From NCBI RefSeq assembly GCF_001194135.2, contig NC_069007.1:1939923-1973903 (forward strand): DNA of 33,981 nucleotides. Reading direction: 5' to 3'. The position numbers and the translations under genes were made by a program. Every line of letters starts with the position of its first letter. Position 1 is the stretch's first letter. The stretch is from Octopus bimaculoides. Lineage: Eukaryota. This document shows, piece by piece, positions 1 to 12,018 of this stretch. Below the pieces are notes generated by a model. That model saw nothing but the letters and a program-made list of their open reading frames with translations, did no database searches and was not told the origin of the DNA.

Positions 1-1179
1 AAGATGGACTTACTCATATAAGACACATACTTATTCAGAAATAAAATACTTTATCTTTAGAGAAAACTTACATAGCCAAATTGTATTCTTTCTCCTTACT
101 AAGAATACAATCAATCTTTCTATTTACACCACTTCGATGAAGAAGAGAATAGTTCTTGTAAAGCGTGGAATAAAAATTGGCAAGAATCCATTTCAAGATT
201 CTTTATTATAATATCAGATACGTTCAACAGTAAAGCGATGTCTATTTCTTTTTTTTTTTTTTCCTTTATTATCATTTTTACTTTCGCCTTTTTCTTTAGA
301 TTATCCCATTAACTTAACAAGAACACAATTTTCCTCTTGCTTATCTACATTACTTGTTTTCGTCTCTTGTTCTCACTTTGTGTTTGTCTATAACTCCTTG
401 TCATTTTATCTTCGCATCACACACTTTTGATATCACTGACAGTCTTACTTTCACTTCCACTTTCATTTCACTCGCCATTCAATGAAACTCACTCACACAA
501 TTTCTATAGAGCTCTACCTCTCTCATCAGCTGCATCGCTTTCCTTCATATCTCCTCTCTCTCACACGCTCTCCTCTTTCACTTTTGTACGTATCAAACTT
601 CATCCCATTCTCTCTATCTCTTTCTGACTCTCTCTTTCTCACTCTACCCCTACTCTTTCCTCTCATTCTCTATCTATCTATCTATCTATCTATCTATTTC
701 TCCTTTCCTTATACGATATTTTCGGCAGTAAAATACAATGGATTGAAATCACATATCCGGTATATATATCTCCTTTATTACATTTTACATTACAATACAC
801 TGCAAAAGCGTATACACTTGTTGTATATACTTATATATATGTGTGTGTGTATATATATGTATATACACGTGTGTGCAAGCGAGTTTATGTACGGGGTGGT
901 TTATTTAGACATATATAGAAATAAGTGAATACACATACGTGTGCCTAATCTCTCTATTTGCTTAGCTTTCATTTCCAGTCTCAATTTCTGTCTCTGCCAG
1001 TCTCTGTCACCACGCGCACACTCACACATTCATACATACACGAGGGGGATGTGTGTGGGGGGCGCCTGAGCATGTGTGTGTGCCTCTTTGTTTGTGTTAT
1101 ATGTATATGTATGTTCATAAATTTAACATGTACACCCACTCAAATTTATATATCTACACACAGAAATACACACATACAA

Positions 1180-1236
<57 letters not shown>

Positions 1237-1946
1237 NNNNNNNNNNNNNNNNNNNNNNNNNNNNNNNNNNNNNNNNNNNNNNNNNNNNNNNNNNNNNNNN
1301 NNNNNNNNNNNNNNNNNNNNNNNNNNNNNNNNNNNNNNNNNNNNNNNNNNNNNNNNNNNNNNNNNNNNNNNNNNNNNNNNNNNNNNNNNNNNNNNNNNNN
1401 NNNNNNNNNNNNNNNNNNNNNNNNNNNNNNNNNNNNNNNNNNNNNNNNNNNNNNNNNNNNNNNNNNNNNNNNNNNNNNNNNNNNNNNNNNNNNNNNNNNN
1501 NNNNNNNNNNNNNNNNNNNNNNNNNNNNNNNNNNNNNNNNNNNNNNNNNNNNNNNNNNNNNNNNNNNNNNNNNNNNNNNNNNNNNNNNNNNNNNNNNNNN
1601 NNNNNNNNNNNNNNNNNNNNNNNNNNNNNNNNNNNNNNNNNNNNNNNNNNNNNNNNNNNNNNNNNNNNNNNNNNNNNNNNNNNNNNNNNNNNNNNNNNNN
1701 NNNNNNNNNNNNNNNNNNNNNNNNNNNNNNNNNNNNNNNNNNNNNNNNNNNNNNNNNNNNNNNNNNNNNNNNNNNNNNNNNNNNNNNNNNNNNNNNNNNN
1801 NNNNNNNNNNNNNNNNNNNNNNNNNNNNNNNNNNNNNNNNNNNNNNNNNNNNNNNNNNNNNNNNNNNNNNNNNNNNNNNNNNNNNNNNNNNNNNNNNNNN
1901 NNNNNNNNNNNNNNNNNNNNNNNNNNNNNNNNNNNNNNNNNNNNNN

Positions 1947-2009
<63 letters not shown>

Positions 2010-2317
2010 GTATGTTAGTGTGTGTATGCATGCGCTACCGTGTGGAGGTATTTATATCAGTATTACTATGTAATAAGTTAGAATATGTTGCTGTAGTCAT
2101 TTATTGTATAGACCATGTATATTTACAAATGCGTTTTAGTTTTGAGAGTAGAATGTATGTAAAATAATTGCGAATAAATGTTCCTGCCTATCTCTAGTCG
2201 ATCAAAGCATACGCATATGCGCGCGCACACATGCATATACACGCACATACGCACATTCGCACACACACACACATACGCACGCACGCACACGGACACACAC
2301 GCACACAAACTCAAACT

Positions 2318-2375
<58 letters not shown>

Positions 2376-2467
2376 ATGTACATATATATGCATGTATATA
2401 TATATGCAAGTGTACATGTATATCTATCAATGCATGTACATATATATATATATATTGTTATATATAA

Positions 2468-2900
2468 TACTGTAGTTTCAGCTCAGAGCTGCGGCCAAGC
2501 TGATCCACCGCTGTTTTGTTAAACTGTTATTATTGAGAGCCTCCTCTAACAAGTGGCATTTGGTGAATAAGGGAGTTTGATGTCGCTACCCATATTTGCA
2601 TCTCTTGCCGTGAAATAGGTTCATGTGGGACTCCCGACAGGAAGAGGTCCGGTTTTGATTTGAAAATAGCAACATCCACGTTGTATAGTTCCCTCAGGCT
2701 TTTTGGGAAAATATTAAAAAGCTATGGGCCCCTGAAACCCAAGCTGTTGCAGTAACTGGTCCTGAAGCGTGATGGCATTGCTGGGATCTTTGGCACTATG
2801 CAGTGTCATCCCGTTCTGGCATTGGTGTAGCTTTCAATGCCAAAATTTGGCACAATTCTTTCCAGGATCTTCCAGATGTTTTTTGTTTTACTGCATACCT
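2468..2900 (-). mobile_element. 5'-truncated CR1/L2-group LINE: ORF2 C-terminus plus 3' UTR
   Basis: Minus-strand frame 2880->2533 has no frameshift and reads NIWKILERIVPNFGIESYTNARTG*HCIVPKIPAMPSRFRTSYCNSLGFRGP*LFNIFPKSLRELYNVDVAIFKSKPDLFLSGVPHEP...SNSLIHQM, with terminal stop at 2530-2532. IWKIL, GPxLFNxxP and FKxxLDxFL are typical of the post-RT C-terminus of CR1/L2/Crack-type LINEs. Two in-frame stops (2806-2808, 2722-2724) show it is dead. Confidence 0.85.
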
Positions 2901-3003
2901 ATCAATAAATCAGAAACAAATACATATATATACATACATATATATATATACATACATACATATATATACACACATATGTATATACATATACATATATATA
3001 GAT

Positions 3004-3039
<36 letters not shown>

Positions 3040-4159
3040 GTATATATGAATATATGAACACACACACACACANNNNNNNNNNNNNNNNNNNNNNNNNNNN
3101 NNNNNNNNNNNNNNNNNNNNNNNNNNNNNNNNNNNNNNNNNNNNNNNNNNNNNNNNNNNNNNNNNNNNNNNNNNNNNNNNNNNNNNNNNNNNNNNNNNNN
3201 NNNNNNNNNNNNNNNNNNNNNNNNNNNNNNNNNNNNNNNNNNNNNNNNNNNNNNNNNNNNNNNNNNNNNNNNNNNNNNNNNNNNNNNNNNNNNNNNNNNN
3301 NNNNNNNNNNNNNNNNNNNNNNNNNNNNNNNNNNNNNNNNNNNNNNNNNNNNNNNNNNNNNNNNNNNNNNNNNNNNNNNNNNNNNNNNNNNNNATATATA
3401 TATATTTATATGCATATATATGTAAATATGTGTATATAGGTGCATAACAGGAATCTTTGCGTGCTTGCGATCCATCTTATATGGCTATATTTATACAGCT
3501 GTACGTCCTCGAATTAAAACGTTGGTAACTACAAACCGAGTCGTCCTCATTCTATTTTCATACCGACTCTATATCACAACACATATTTGCAGTAACTACG
3601 ATGTGCACTCCGATTCACAGGAAGAAGCATATATACTTGCCCATGTTACCTCTTCTCACTCAACGTGTTTCTGCAGACAATAATCGTGCGACAACTTCTC
3701 CGTTTGCATACCAAGCATACCATCTACATAAGTGTTGAGATTCTATGAATGTTAGCAGAATTGTCTTTCATCTTCGTACTCACTTGTAAAAAATAAGTGA
3801 TGGCTGCAATTCTCTAAAGCAGTTAATTAACTATAAAGCGTTGATAATATATATGCTTCGAATAAACTGCAGTTTTACGATTTCATTATCGCAACTTTCT
3901 AAATCCATTTAACGTAGTGATTTGTAATGTTTGCATTTATAGAATGTAATTATTTGATTTAAGGTTTATAACAGGATTTCATATGAAAACTAATATGACA
4001 ATGATAAGGTATTTTATGCTGAACAATTATGTTGATATAAGTTGCTTGTTGTCTCGTTGTTGATAATGCAAACTTATATAGGTAATAGTTGTGAATGGTC
4101 GTTCATCAAAGTGAGAAGGATTACTAAATACAGTAGGAATATGTTTTAGTGCACTCGCA

Positions 4160-4420
4160 CATAAACGTGTAGTGATGAGCTTGCTTTCCAACCACATAGT
4201 TCCTGGTTAAATCACACCGCGTAGCATCTTGGACCGGTGTCTCCTTCTATAGCCAGTCCAATGTTTTTATGACTGTGTCTGTGTTTGTTCGCCACCCATG
4301 TTTGACGACCGCTGTTGGTTTGTCTATATCACCATAAGTTAATGGTTTGTCAAAAGAGAACAATAGAAAAGGTATCAAGCTTAAAAATATAGTAATAGAT
4401 TTGAGATGTTCGACTGAAAT
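4160..4420 (+). mobile_element. Degenerate SINE, family B, internally deleted
   Basis: ttgctttccaaccacatagttcctggtt...gtgtctccttctatagcc and gtgtttgttc...tttgacgaccgctgttggtttgt...caaaagagaacaatagaa align by eye with the well-preserved copy at 20728-21048. Confidence 0.7.
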
Positions 4421-5588
4421 GTTTCCAAGTTCGTGTCCCATCAAAAACGGCCCACTCACACAAACACAAACACATGTATATATGCACACACACATAGAGA
4501 CGTGCACAGAGACACACACACTCTCACACCATTCTGACCTCTATGACCAGTCTCAAAAACCACTGGACCATGACAAACTAACCCAGAAACAAAAATCCTT
4601 TAAATTCATTACTCTTGCTTCCCCTACTCCAACCAACCTCCCATGCTGTCCCTTAAAATAGCAAACATTCCTTAGCTACACACAAGACAGAAAAATGCCA
4701 CAAAGACAGCTCGGTTCCTCTCCAATTTTTTGTAAATTCTTAAATATCTCTCCTTCTGTATATATANNNNNNNNNNNNNNNNNNNNNNNNNNNNNNNNNN
4801 NNNNNNNNNNNNNNAATTGGTAGTGTATATTACCAAACAAACATGATTTTATTGATCTCCTAATATTTTTGTTGAATACTTTCTTAAAAACTTTCTCGTA
4901 AACTGTTTTTAACATTTTCTTCTTATTATCAAAGAATGTATATATGTATGTTAATACTTTTGTGACAACCAGTAATTAACACAACAAAACTTATACATAG
5001 CTTTACATTTGACTTTTCACAATATCTTTTCTAAAAACGCGAAACTGGTCAAGTGAATAAACATTTTTAAAATTGCATTTTCAAACTGTCTTTCATGTAT
5101 ATATGCATAAAAGACACCACGAAACCGCATTTGCCGCAGTGAGAGCTGCTACAGTTTGCTAAATTGAGGACGACGACGACGACGATGACGCTGACAATTT
5201 TCTAGATGGTGAGAGCAGTAGCATTAACTTATAGAATTCTGAAAATGAAACACGTCATCGTATTATAGTTATGCCTCCATTAACGACGCTGTTGATCAAA
5301 GTTTTATGTTATTTGTTGAACATAATTATGATCGACCAAGATTACGTCTACCAAATAAGATAACACCATTGTTTCCTCAAACAAACTGAAATCAATAAAC
5401 GCATTATAGCCATTGAAAATTTACACATATTAAAACCACTTTCGATTCGCAGCCAAACATTTCGACACCTGAGCCTTGACATTTTTTCTAAAATATTCCC
5501 ATTACACGCAGTGACCTCCTATAACATATCACCTGCGTCACCTGTCTAACTTAGGAAACACCTGCTCAGTCTAGTTGAATATCATTAC

Positions 5589-5621
<33 letters not shown>

Positions 5622-5799
5622 CGCGCGCGCGTTTCTTTCCAATCGTACAAGTGAAACAAAAGTGAATTCTTGGGGAATGAATTTATATAGATGCAAGCAT
5701 GACTATATACATACATGTGTGCGTGTGTGTTTGTGTATGTATCTGTGTGTCTCTCTATGCGCCTGTGTGTATATATGCATGCTTGTATATATATATATA

Positions 5800-5839
<40 letters not shown>

Positions 5840-6472
5840 ATACATTTATATATACATAATTATACATATATAATTATATACACATATCCAAATACATATA
5901 TACATGTATATATGTGTATATGTATTTGGATATGTATATATATATATGCATATACATATATAATATTTAATATTTATTCTCCGGTTTGAAACGATATTAT
6001 AAACAAATGACGAAATAATGATGAACTCTTGCACATCTGATTGGCCAAACGCTCACCCATCAACTTCAGCCATCAATATACTTAAACTGTCTAATACTTT
6101 TAATAATATTTAGTAAGAAACACGAAAGCCTTTCTAAGTGACGGAGAGAAAGCTACTGTGGAAGACTCATAGTAACTTGCAAAGCCTTTCCTATTTGTTC
6201 GAGTCGTAAGGTCTTTGGCTGATATGAAAACTTTGGTTGACGTATTTATGAACCAGGTACAGATAGCTTAAATATCTTGCTGTTCGTTGCTTACTCTGTT
6301 AATCTGTCGCAAAATATAACTCAGTCTATGCTTTGATTCTGAATATTTCTTCTCCACAAAAAATACGTATCATTCTTGATAAATATTTCATTAGGTTCGA
6401 AAATGTTCCTGAAATACAAAATCCGTACTACTTGATATCATCATCGTTGTCTTTATTTTTAATCGTTGTTGC

Positions 6473-6737
6473 TCTTCTTCTTCTTCTTCTTCTTCTTCTT
6501 CTTCTTCTTCTTCTTCTTCTTCGTTTTCTTCTTTTTTTTCTTCTTCTTCTTTTTCTTCTTCTAAATTTTCTTACTTCCTCGTATTAATTTTTTATTATTT
6601 CTACAATTAAAAGAAATTATTAATATTATTATTATTGTTGTTGTTGTTGTTTTTGTCGTTGTTTTCGTTGTTATCATTATTATTGATGCTGTTATTTTCA
6701 TTATTATTATTATTATTACTATTATTATTATTATTTA
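6473..6737. repeat. Compound microsatellite (TTC)n, (GTT)n, (ATT)n
   Basis: Directly visible; it produces the poly-Leu ORF 6333-6587. Confidence 0.95.
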
Positions 6738-7231
6738 TCTTTTCTAATTGACCAACTTCACGCATTCGCTGGAAGTCTTTAACAGTAATTTTACTTGACG
6801 TATATTGTGTCTGTGATGGATGTCAGGAAGAGTGAATTTTGGTGCATTCAAAACTCCTTAGAAAAACTAAAATAGAATAATATCATAAAAGAAACGAAAA
6901 TAAAACAAAAAAACCAACAAAACGCTAAATAATACTGTAATATGTGACAATGAGTCATTTACTGAACAAGAAAATCACCACCTTTCATTCGTTCTTCCAT
7001 TCGAAGTCAATAAATTTGTATTTAGGTCAGGGAAGCAGAAATTATATATTCAGTGATGGCACGTTTTAAAAAGTAGAACTAACAATTTAACAATGTAATT
7101 TGACTGGTTTTCAGTTAATCAGGAATTTATTCTTTAAATACAATGTACACTTCTAGTCATCTACCGATTAGAGACTGGCTGTGATTCGGCTGCATGAAGC
7201 ACCCATGCTCGCGAGCGAAAATTCACATATT

Positions 7232-7460
7232 TTTAATTCTTTATTGCCTACAAGGCGCTGAACATAGAGGGAACAAGCAAGTATAAAGGAATGAAGTCGA
7301 TTACATCGACCCTAGTGTGTAACTGATACTTAATTAATCGATCCCGAAAGATGAAATGCAAAGTCGACCTCGGCGGAATTTGAACTCCGAACGTAACGGC
7401 AGACGAAATGCCGTTAAGCATTTCGCCCAGCGTGCTAGCAATTCTGCCAGCTCACTGCTC
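7232..7460 (-). mobile_element. tRNA-derived SINE, family A, tail type i
   Basis: Reverse complement matches the copy at 9336-9566 end to end (gagctggcagaa..gctagcacgctgggcgaaatgcttaacggcatttcg..gagttcaaattccgccgaggtcgac..gccttgtaggcaataaagaa). Flanked by gaaaattca(ca)catatt copies at 7217-7231 and 7462-7478. Confidence 0.92.
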
Positions 7461-7479
7461 TGAAAATTCACACATATTC

Positions 7480-7690
7480 TTTTCTACGCTAGGCACAAGG
7501 CTCAAAATTTTGGGGAGGGGGCCAGTGGATTAGATCGATCCCAGTATGTAACTAGTACTTAATTTATCGACGCCGAAAGGATGGTAGACAAAGTCAACCT
7601 CGGCGAAATTTGAACTCAGAACGTAACGGCAGACGAAATACCGCTAAGAATTTCGCCCGGCGTGCTAACAATTCTGGCCGCTCTCTGCCC
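7480..7690 (-). mobile_element. tRNA-derived SINE, family A, tail type ii
   Basis: Same head and body as 7232-7460 but a different 3' tail (gagccttgtgcctagcgtagaaaagaata). Flanked by identical 19-mers tgaaaattcacacatattc at 7461-7479 and 7691-7709. Confidence 0.92.
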
Positions 7691-8173
7691 TGAAAATTCA
7701 CACATATTCACATATTTTGGCACATATTGGCGAAAATTGAAACATATTGGCATTTCAAACAGTCTCTCGACAAATCTTCGAGGTCCCATTGGATAGAAAC
7801 GTTTGACGCTTTAAGACAAAAGTGCTATTTCATTAGAAGCAAAAATGTGTAAATCTACCTATAATTTATTTCTTTTCTTACAAGATCTCAACTGCAGGTT
7901 CTTATGATTTGGTAGCTGGTTTCTAGGTGCAACATCCTTCTCCAGTTCGAATTACGCTGTCATTCGACTTGCTAAGCGTAGCGGAAAATCTTCGGCAAAC
8001 ATTATCTGCTATTTAAAATGAAGAAGGAACGAAATTTTTATTATGTGAGAAAAGATTCTCGGAAAAGCTATAGGCTGTCGTAACTGAAAAAGCTCTTCAT
8101 CTCAGGCTTGTACTGTCAGAGATTAGCTCGAAATAAACTACATAACAACAATTGCATATTTTAGCTCAACTGC

Positions 8174-8225
8174 TATTGGCACTCTGTCGCTTAAGACGTC
8201 GAGGGTTCCAGTTGATCCGATCAAC
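8174..8225 (-). mobile_element. Probable 3' end of another SINE family, running into a gap
   Basis: RC gttgatcggatcaactggaaccctcgacgtcttaagcgacagagtgcc resembles a recalled abundant octopus repeat end. There is no second copy in this window and the rest falls in Ns. Confidence 0.4.
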
Positions 8226-8352
8226 NNNNNNNNNNNNNNNNNNNNNNNNNNNNNNNNNNNNNNNNNNNNNNNNNNNNNNNNNNNNNNNNNNNNNNNNNNN
8301 NNNNNNNNNNNNNNNNNNNNNNNNNATACACACACACATACTCACATACATA

Positions 8353-8560
8353 GGTGCAGGAGTGGCTGTGTGTATCTTGCTTGCCAACCACATGGTTCTG
8401 GGTTCAATCCCACTGTGTGGCACCTTGGGCAAATGTCATTTGTACTATAGCCTCAGGCTGACCAAATCCTTGTGAATGGATTTGGTAGATGGAGACTGAA
8501 AGAAGCCCACCGTGTGTGTGTACGTGTTTGTGTTTGTTGTGTATCTTTCTCTCTCTCTCT
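8353..8560 (+). mobile_element. tRNA-derived SINE, family B, 5' half
   Basis: ggtgcaggagtggctgtgtg..ttgccaaccacatggttctgggttcaatcccactgtgtggcaccttgggcaa..gaaagaagccc; B-box-like GGTTCAATCCC; matches 20728-21048 and 32555-32791. Confidence 0.9.
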
Positions 8561-8864
8561 TTCACATGCATACATAAACATATATATCTATGCATATATT
8601 CAAATATGTATATATATATATATATATACACACGCACACACTTACTGAGACATTCGACTCTTGGGAAATGTGCGAAGAGTTGCTTCCTCCTGGCATAGCG
8701 GATGCTCAATCCAACCGTGACACACACCAGGTGCTATTCCAACTATAGCACCTACAAAGGAAAACAGCATATTAAATTATCCATGCAATTAGGAGACAGA
8801 ATCTCCCTGTCTGAGGTGAGAGTTAAAAATCTAAAAATTCAGAAAGGAGATAATTGTAGTAATA

Positions 8865-9053
8865 TAGTCATTGAACTGTGGCCATGTTGGGGCACCACCT
8901 TGAAGGCATTAGTCAAACAAATCAACCTCACTACTTATCTTCTAAACACACACACATTGATATATACAACAGGCTTCTTTCAGTTTCCATCTACCAAATC
9001 CATTTATAAGGCTTTGGTTAGACTGAGGCGATTGTAGAAGACACGTGCCCAAA
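8865..9053 (-). mobile_element. SINE family B, internally deleted, keeps 3' tail
   Basis: ggcttctttcagtttccatctaccaaatcc..gtagaagacacgtgcccaa (body) and gtcattgaactgtggccatgttggggcaccacc (tail) match other family B copies in reverse. Confidence 0.8.
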
Positions 9054-9237
9054 GCCTGAAGTGCAATGTAACAGCAGGTCACTACATCCACCATTTGTTG
9101 GTGATTCTCTATCATTAGTGCTGGTAGATGACCCCTATGTATTACTCAGGTAACAACATGGGTTTGTTTGGTTAGCCTTTGCAGGTGAGGGCTTTATGAG
9201 GTTGGAGAGGAAATCTTACCTGAACCTCTTTTAAGCA

Positions 9238-9330
9238 TCGCTAAGTTACGGCGATGTAAACGTACCAGCATCGGTTGTCAAGCGATGTTGGGGGAATAAA
9301 CACAGACACGCACACACACACATATATATA
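9238..9330 (-). mobile_element. SINE family B internal fragment
   Basis: gctaagttacggcgatgtaaacgtaccagcatcggttgtcaagcgatgttggggg is the reverse complement of 20940-20995. Confidence 0.85.
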
Positions 9331-9335
9331 TATAT

Positions 9336-9566
9336 GGCACCGAGCTGGCAGAAACGTTAGCACGCCGGGTGAAACGCTTAGCGGTATTTCGTCTGCCGTT
9401 ACGTTCTGAGTTCAAATTCCGCCGAGGTCGACTTTGCCTTTCATCCTTTCGGGGTCGATTAAATAAGTACCAGTTACGCACTGGAGTCGATATAATCGAC
9501 TTAATCCGTTTGTCTGTCCTTGTTTGTCCCCTCTGTGTGTAGCCCCTTGTGGGTAGTAAAGAAATA
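9336..9566 (+). mobile_element. Full-length, well-preserved tRNA-derived SINE, family A, tail type i
   Basis: Head ggcaccgagctggcagaaacgttagc (A-box-like TGGCAGAA), B-box-like GAGTTCAAATTC, body cctttcatcctttcggggtcgat..taagtaccag, tail gtagccccttgtgggtagtaaagaaata; CpGs largely retained. Confidence 0.95.
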
Positions 9567-10129
9567 ATACATATTTATACACAAATGCACAAACACATAC
9601 AATATACAGAGACATATTCACGAACACAGACACACAACACCAAGGAATTTTACAAGGCAGAGAAGGGGTCAAACAAATAAATGAATAAAATGCAGTTAAA
9701 CAATAAAGACATGCTGTGGGGACAGAGAACGATAGGGAAATATTGATAGAATAAAACGGAAACCATTTGGGAACAAGAGTAATTACAAGATATATATACA
9801 TACATACATACATACATACATGAGATCGCCAGTCTGTAACGATAATTTGTGTGGTTTTTGAGAAGGCTGCACTTGTCTTGTTCGGGGTCACCAGTTGTAA
9901 AGGGTAAGGTTTGATTAGGGACACAATATTATGAAATGTCGGAGTTTGTTGTTATAATAGCAAGTTGTAAGATGTGAAAGATGAACAATGCTTGAGGTTT
10001 TAAGGAAATATTTGTTTACAATTACGTTTACAATACCTTTCCTCGACCGACAGGTTCTCATAGATCCAAAAGCATGCGAAGTAATGTTTGTGTCCTCTTT
10101 CATTGTTTAGTAGTAATCCACAGAGAGAG

Positions 10130-10207
10130 AGAGATAGGATGATGGCGGAATTTGAACCGCTAAACATTTCCCCCGGTGTGCTAGCGATTCTGCAAGCTTG
10201 CCACCTT
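10130..10207 (-). mobile_element. Degenerate SINE family A head fragment
   Basis: ggcggaatttgaac..aaacatttcccccggtgtgctagcgattctgcaagcttgccacc is a deleted reverse copy of the family A 5' end. Confidence 0.7.
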
Positions 10208-10919
10208 AACCATGAGTTAGACCCTATTAACACGTCCCTCTGTTTCAGTGCACAAAATATTTTCCTCAGAGAGCAACACAGTTTTAACACGTGCTGTCTT
10301 TATGTTTACTTAATATCTCTCCCCAATCGGGAAAAATCTTGTTAGTACAGAGATAATAGTCTGTTCAGATTCATATTTTCTCCTGCTTACCGTAAAAATA
10401 ACAACTCAGATAACCTATATTGCTTTAAAATATGCAAAGCGAGTTATTGTTTTAAAATATTTTTATCAGTTAACACATACACACATACATGTCTTCATAT
10501 GTTTGTATATGTACGTGGATGTATATATGTGTGTATGGACGTATGTGTATATATTATTCTATGTGTGTGTGTGTGCTTGTGTGTATGGGTGTAAGTGTGT
10601 GTGATAATTTTCCCAAAAGAAATGTATGATAACATGCTATAACGCCATTAATTCATTTGTTTGTCAGGAATATTCTAAGTTGTATGGAATCACGATATTT
10701 GCTTTGTTTTCTGAGAAAAATAAAAAAACATTGTCCACTGTAATATATACATACATTGCTTGCGCTTAAATACATACAAACACACAGGTACACATACACA
10801 CAGGTCCATACATACATTTATATATACATAATATATGAACATGCATGTGTGTATGTACATGTAGATACATATAACACTTTGACAGTCTGTGTATGATTAT
10901 TTATGTCTGTCTTTATTTT

Positions 10920-11300
10920 CAATGAATATCGGGACTGTTTCCATAGTAACGAAGTTAAAGAACGGAGAGCGTAGGTATTTGGCACGTGGCACTGACCTAG
11001 AACTTTTCCGTGCATACGCACTAAGTTTCAACGTTTTAACTCATTACAATTCTTTACAATAGTGCTTCCATGGAACGTGTGTAGCGCGTGACCATCGCAT
11101 TGACCATCACAGAGAAAGCTGAGCAGCGAATCTAACAAATTTTGCAATAAGCTCGGCGATACAAGCTCGGAGGCCTAAGCAAAGTTTAAAACACTCTTCA
11201 TCGTTCTCGACGACAACCAAGGATATCTTGTGCAACTTAACCCGAGTGAAAGCAGTTTTGGCACAAACTTGGCAGTCACGCGCCTCATACACAGACCTAA
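10920..11300. mobile_element. Tc1/mariner remnant: 5' end and N-terminus on +, internal transposase segment inverted on -
   Basis: Plus strand 11106-11190 reads (I)TEKAEQRIx-KFCNKLGDTSSEA*AKFK, matching mariner N-terminal EQRxxIKFCxKLG. Minus strand 11300->11190 reads LCMRRVTAKFVPKLLS..VAQDILG..ENDEE, matching mariner LGMRRVxAKFVP(K/R)LL. The left boundary is approximate. Confidence 0.8.
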
Positions 11301-11301
11301 A

Positions 11302-11342
<41 letters not shown>

Positions 11343-12018
11343 NNNNNNNNNNNNNNNNNNNNNNNNNNNNNNNNNNNNNNNNNNNNNNNNNNNNNNNNNN
11401 NNNNNNNNNNNNNNNNNNNNNNNNNNNNNNNNNNNNNNNNNNNNNNNNNNNNNNNNNNNNNNNNNNNNNNNNNNNNNNNNNNNNNNNNNNNNNNNNNNNN
11501 NNNNNNNNNNNNNNNNNNNNNNNNNNNNNNNNNNNNNNNNNNNNNNNNNNNNNNNNNNNNNNNNNNNNNNNNNNNNNNNNNNNNNNNNNNNNNNNNNNNN
11601 NNNNNNNNNNNNNNNNNNNNNNNNNNNNNNNNNNNNNNNNNNNNNNNNNNNNNNNNNNNNNNNNNNNNNNNNNNNNNNNNNNNNNNNNNNNNNNNNNNNN
11701 NNNNNNNNNNNNNNNNNNNNNNNNNNNNNNNNNNNNNNNNNNNNNNNNNNNNNNNNNNNNNNNNNNNNNNNNNNNNNNNNNNNNNNNNNNNNNNNNNNNN
11801 NNNNNNNNNNNNNNNNNNNNNNNNNNNNNNNNNNNNNNNNNNNNNNNNNNNNNNNNNNNNNNNNNNNNNNNNNNNNNNNNNNNNNNNNNNNNNNNNNNNN
11901 NNNNNNNNNNNNNNNNNNNNNNNNNNNNNNNNNNNNNNNNNNNNNNNNNNNNNNNNNNNNNNNNNNNNNNNNNNNNNNNNNNNNNNNNNNNNNNNNNNNN
12001 TATATATATATATATTCT

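Noticed and set aside
958-3475. Long ORFs in the track that span N-runs or dinucleotide repeats (YIYI, HTHT, VCVC), here and at 11228-12099, 19234-19794, 23724-24647 and 27182-27832
   Set aside because: They stay open only because Ns and microsatellites contain no stop codons; there is no protein-like content.
4520-4720. C/A-rich stretch with faint resemblance to an L2 RT segment
   Set aside because: It needs several frameshifts for a few residues of match and cannot be supported by eye.
5165-5350. Acidic reading IEDDDDDDDADNFLDGE
   Set aside because: Driven by a (GAC)n microsatellite, with in-frame stops on both sides and no convincing splice sites.
6745-6856. Minus-strand GVLNAPKFTLPD, reminiscent of the cadherin DNAPxF motif
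   Set aside because: There is no preceding Asp/DxND motif, no further cadherin repeat sequence, and a stop within 38 codons.
11107-11292. Protein-like 61-aa ORF
   Set aside because: It is an out-of-frame chimera of the two oppositely oriented mariner pieces.
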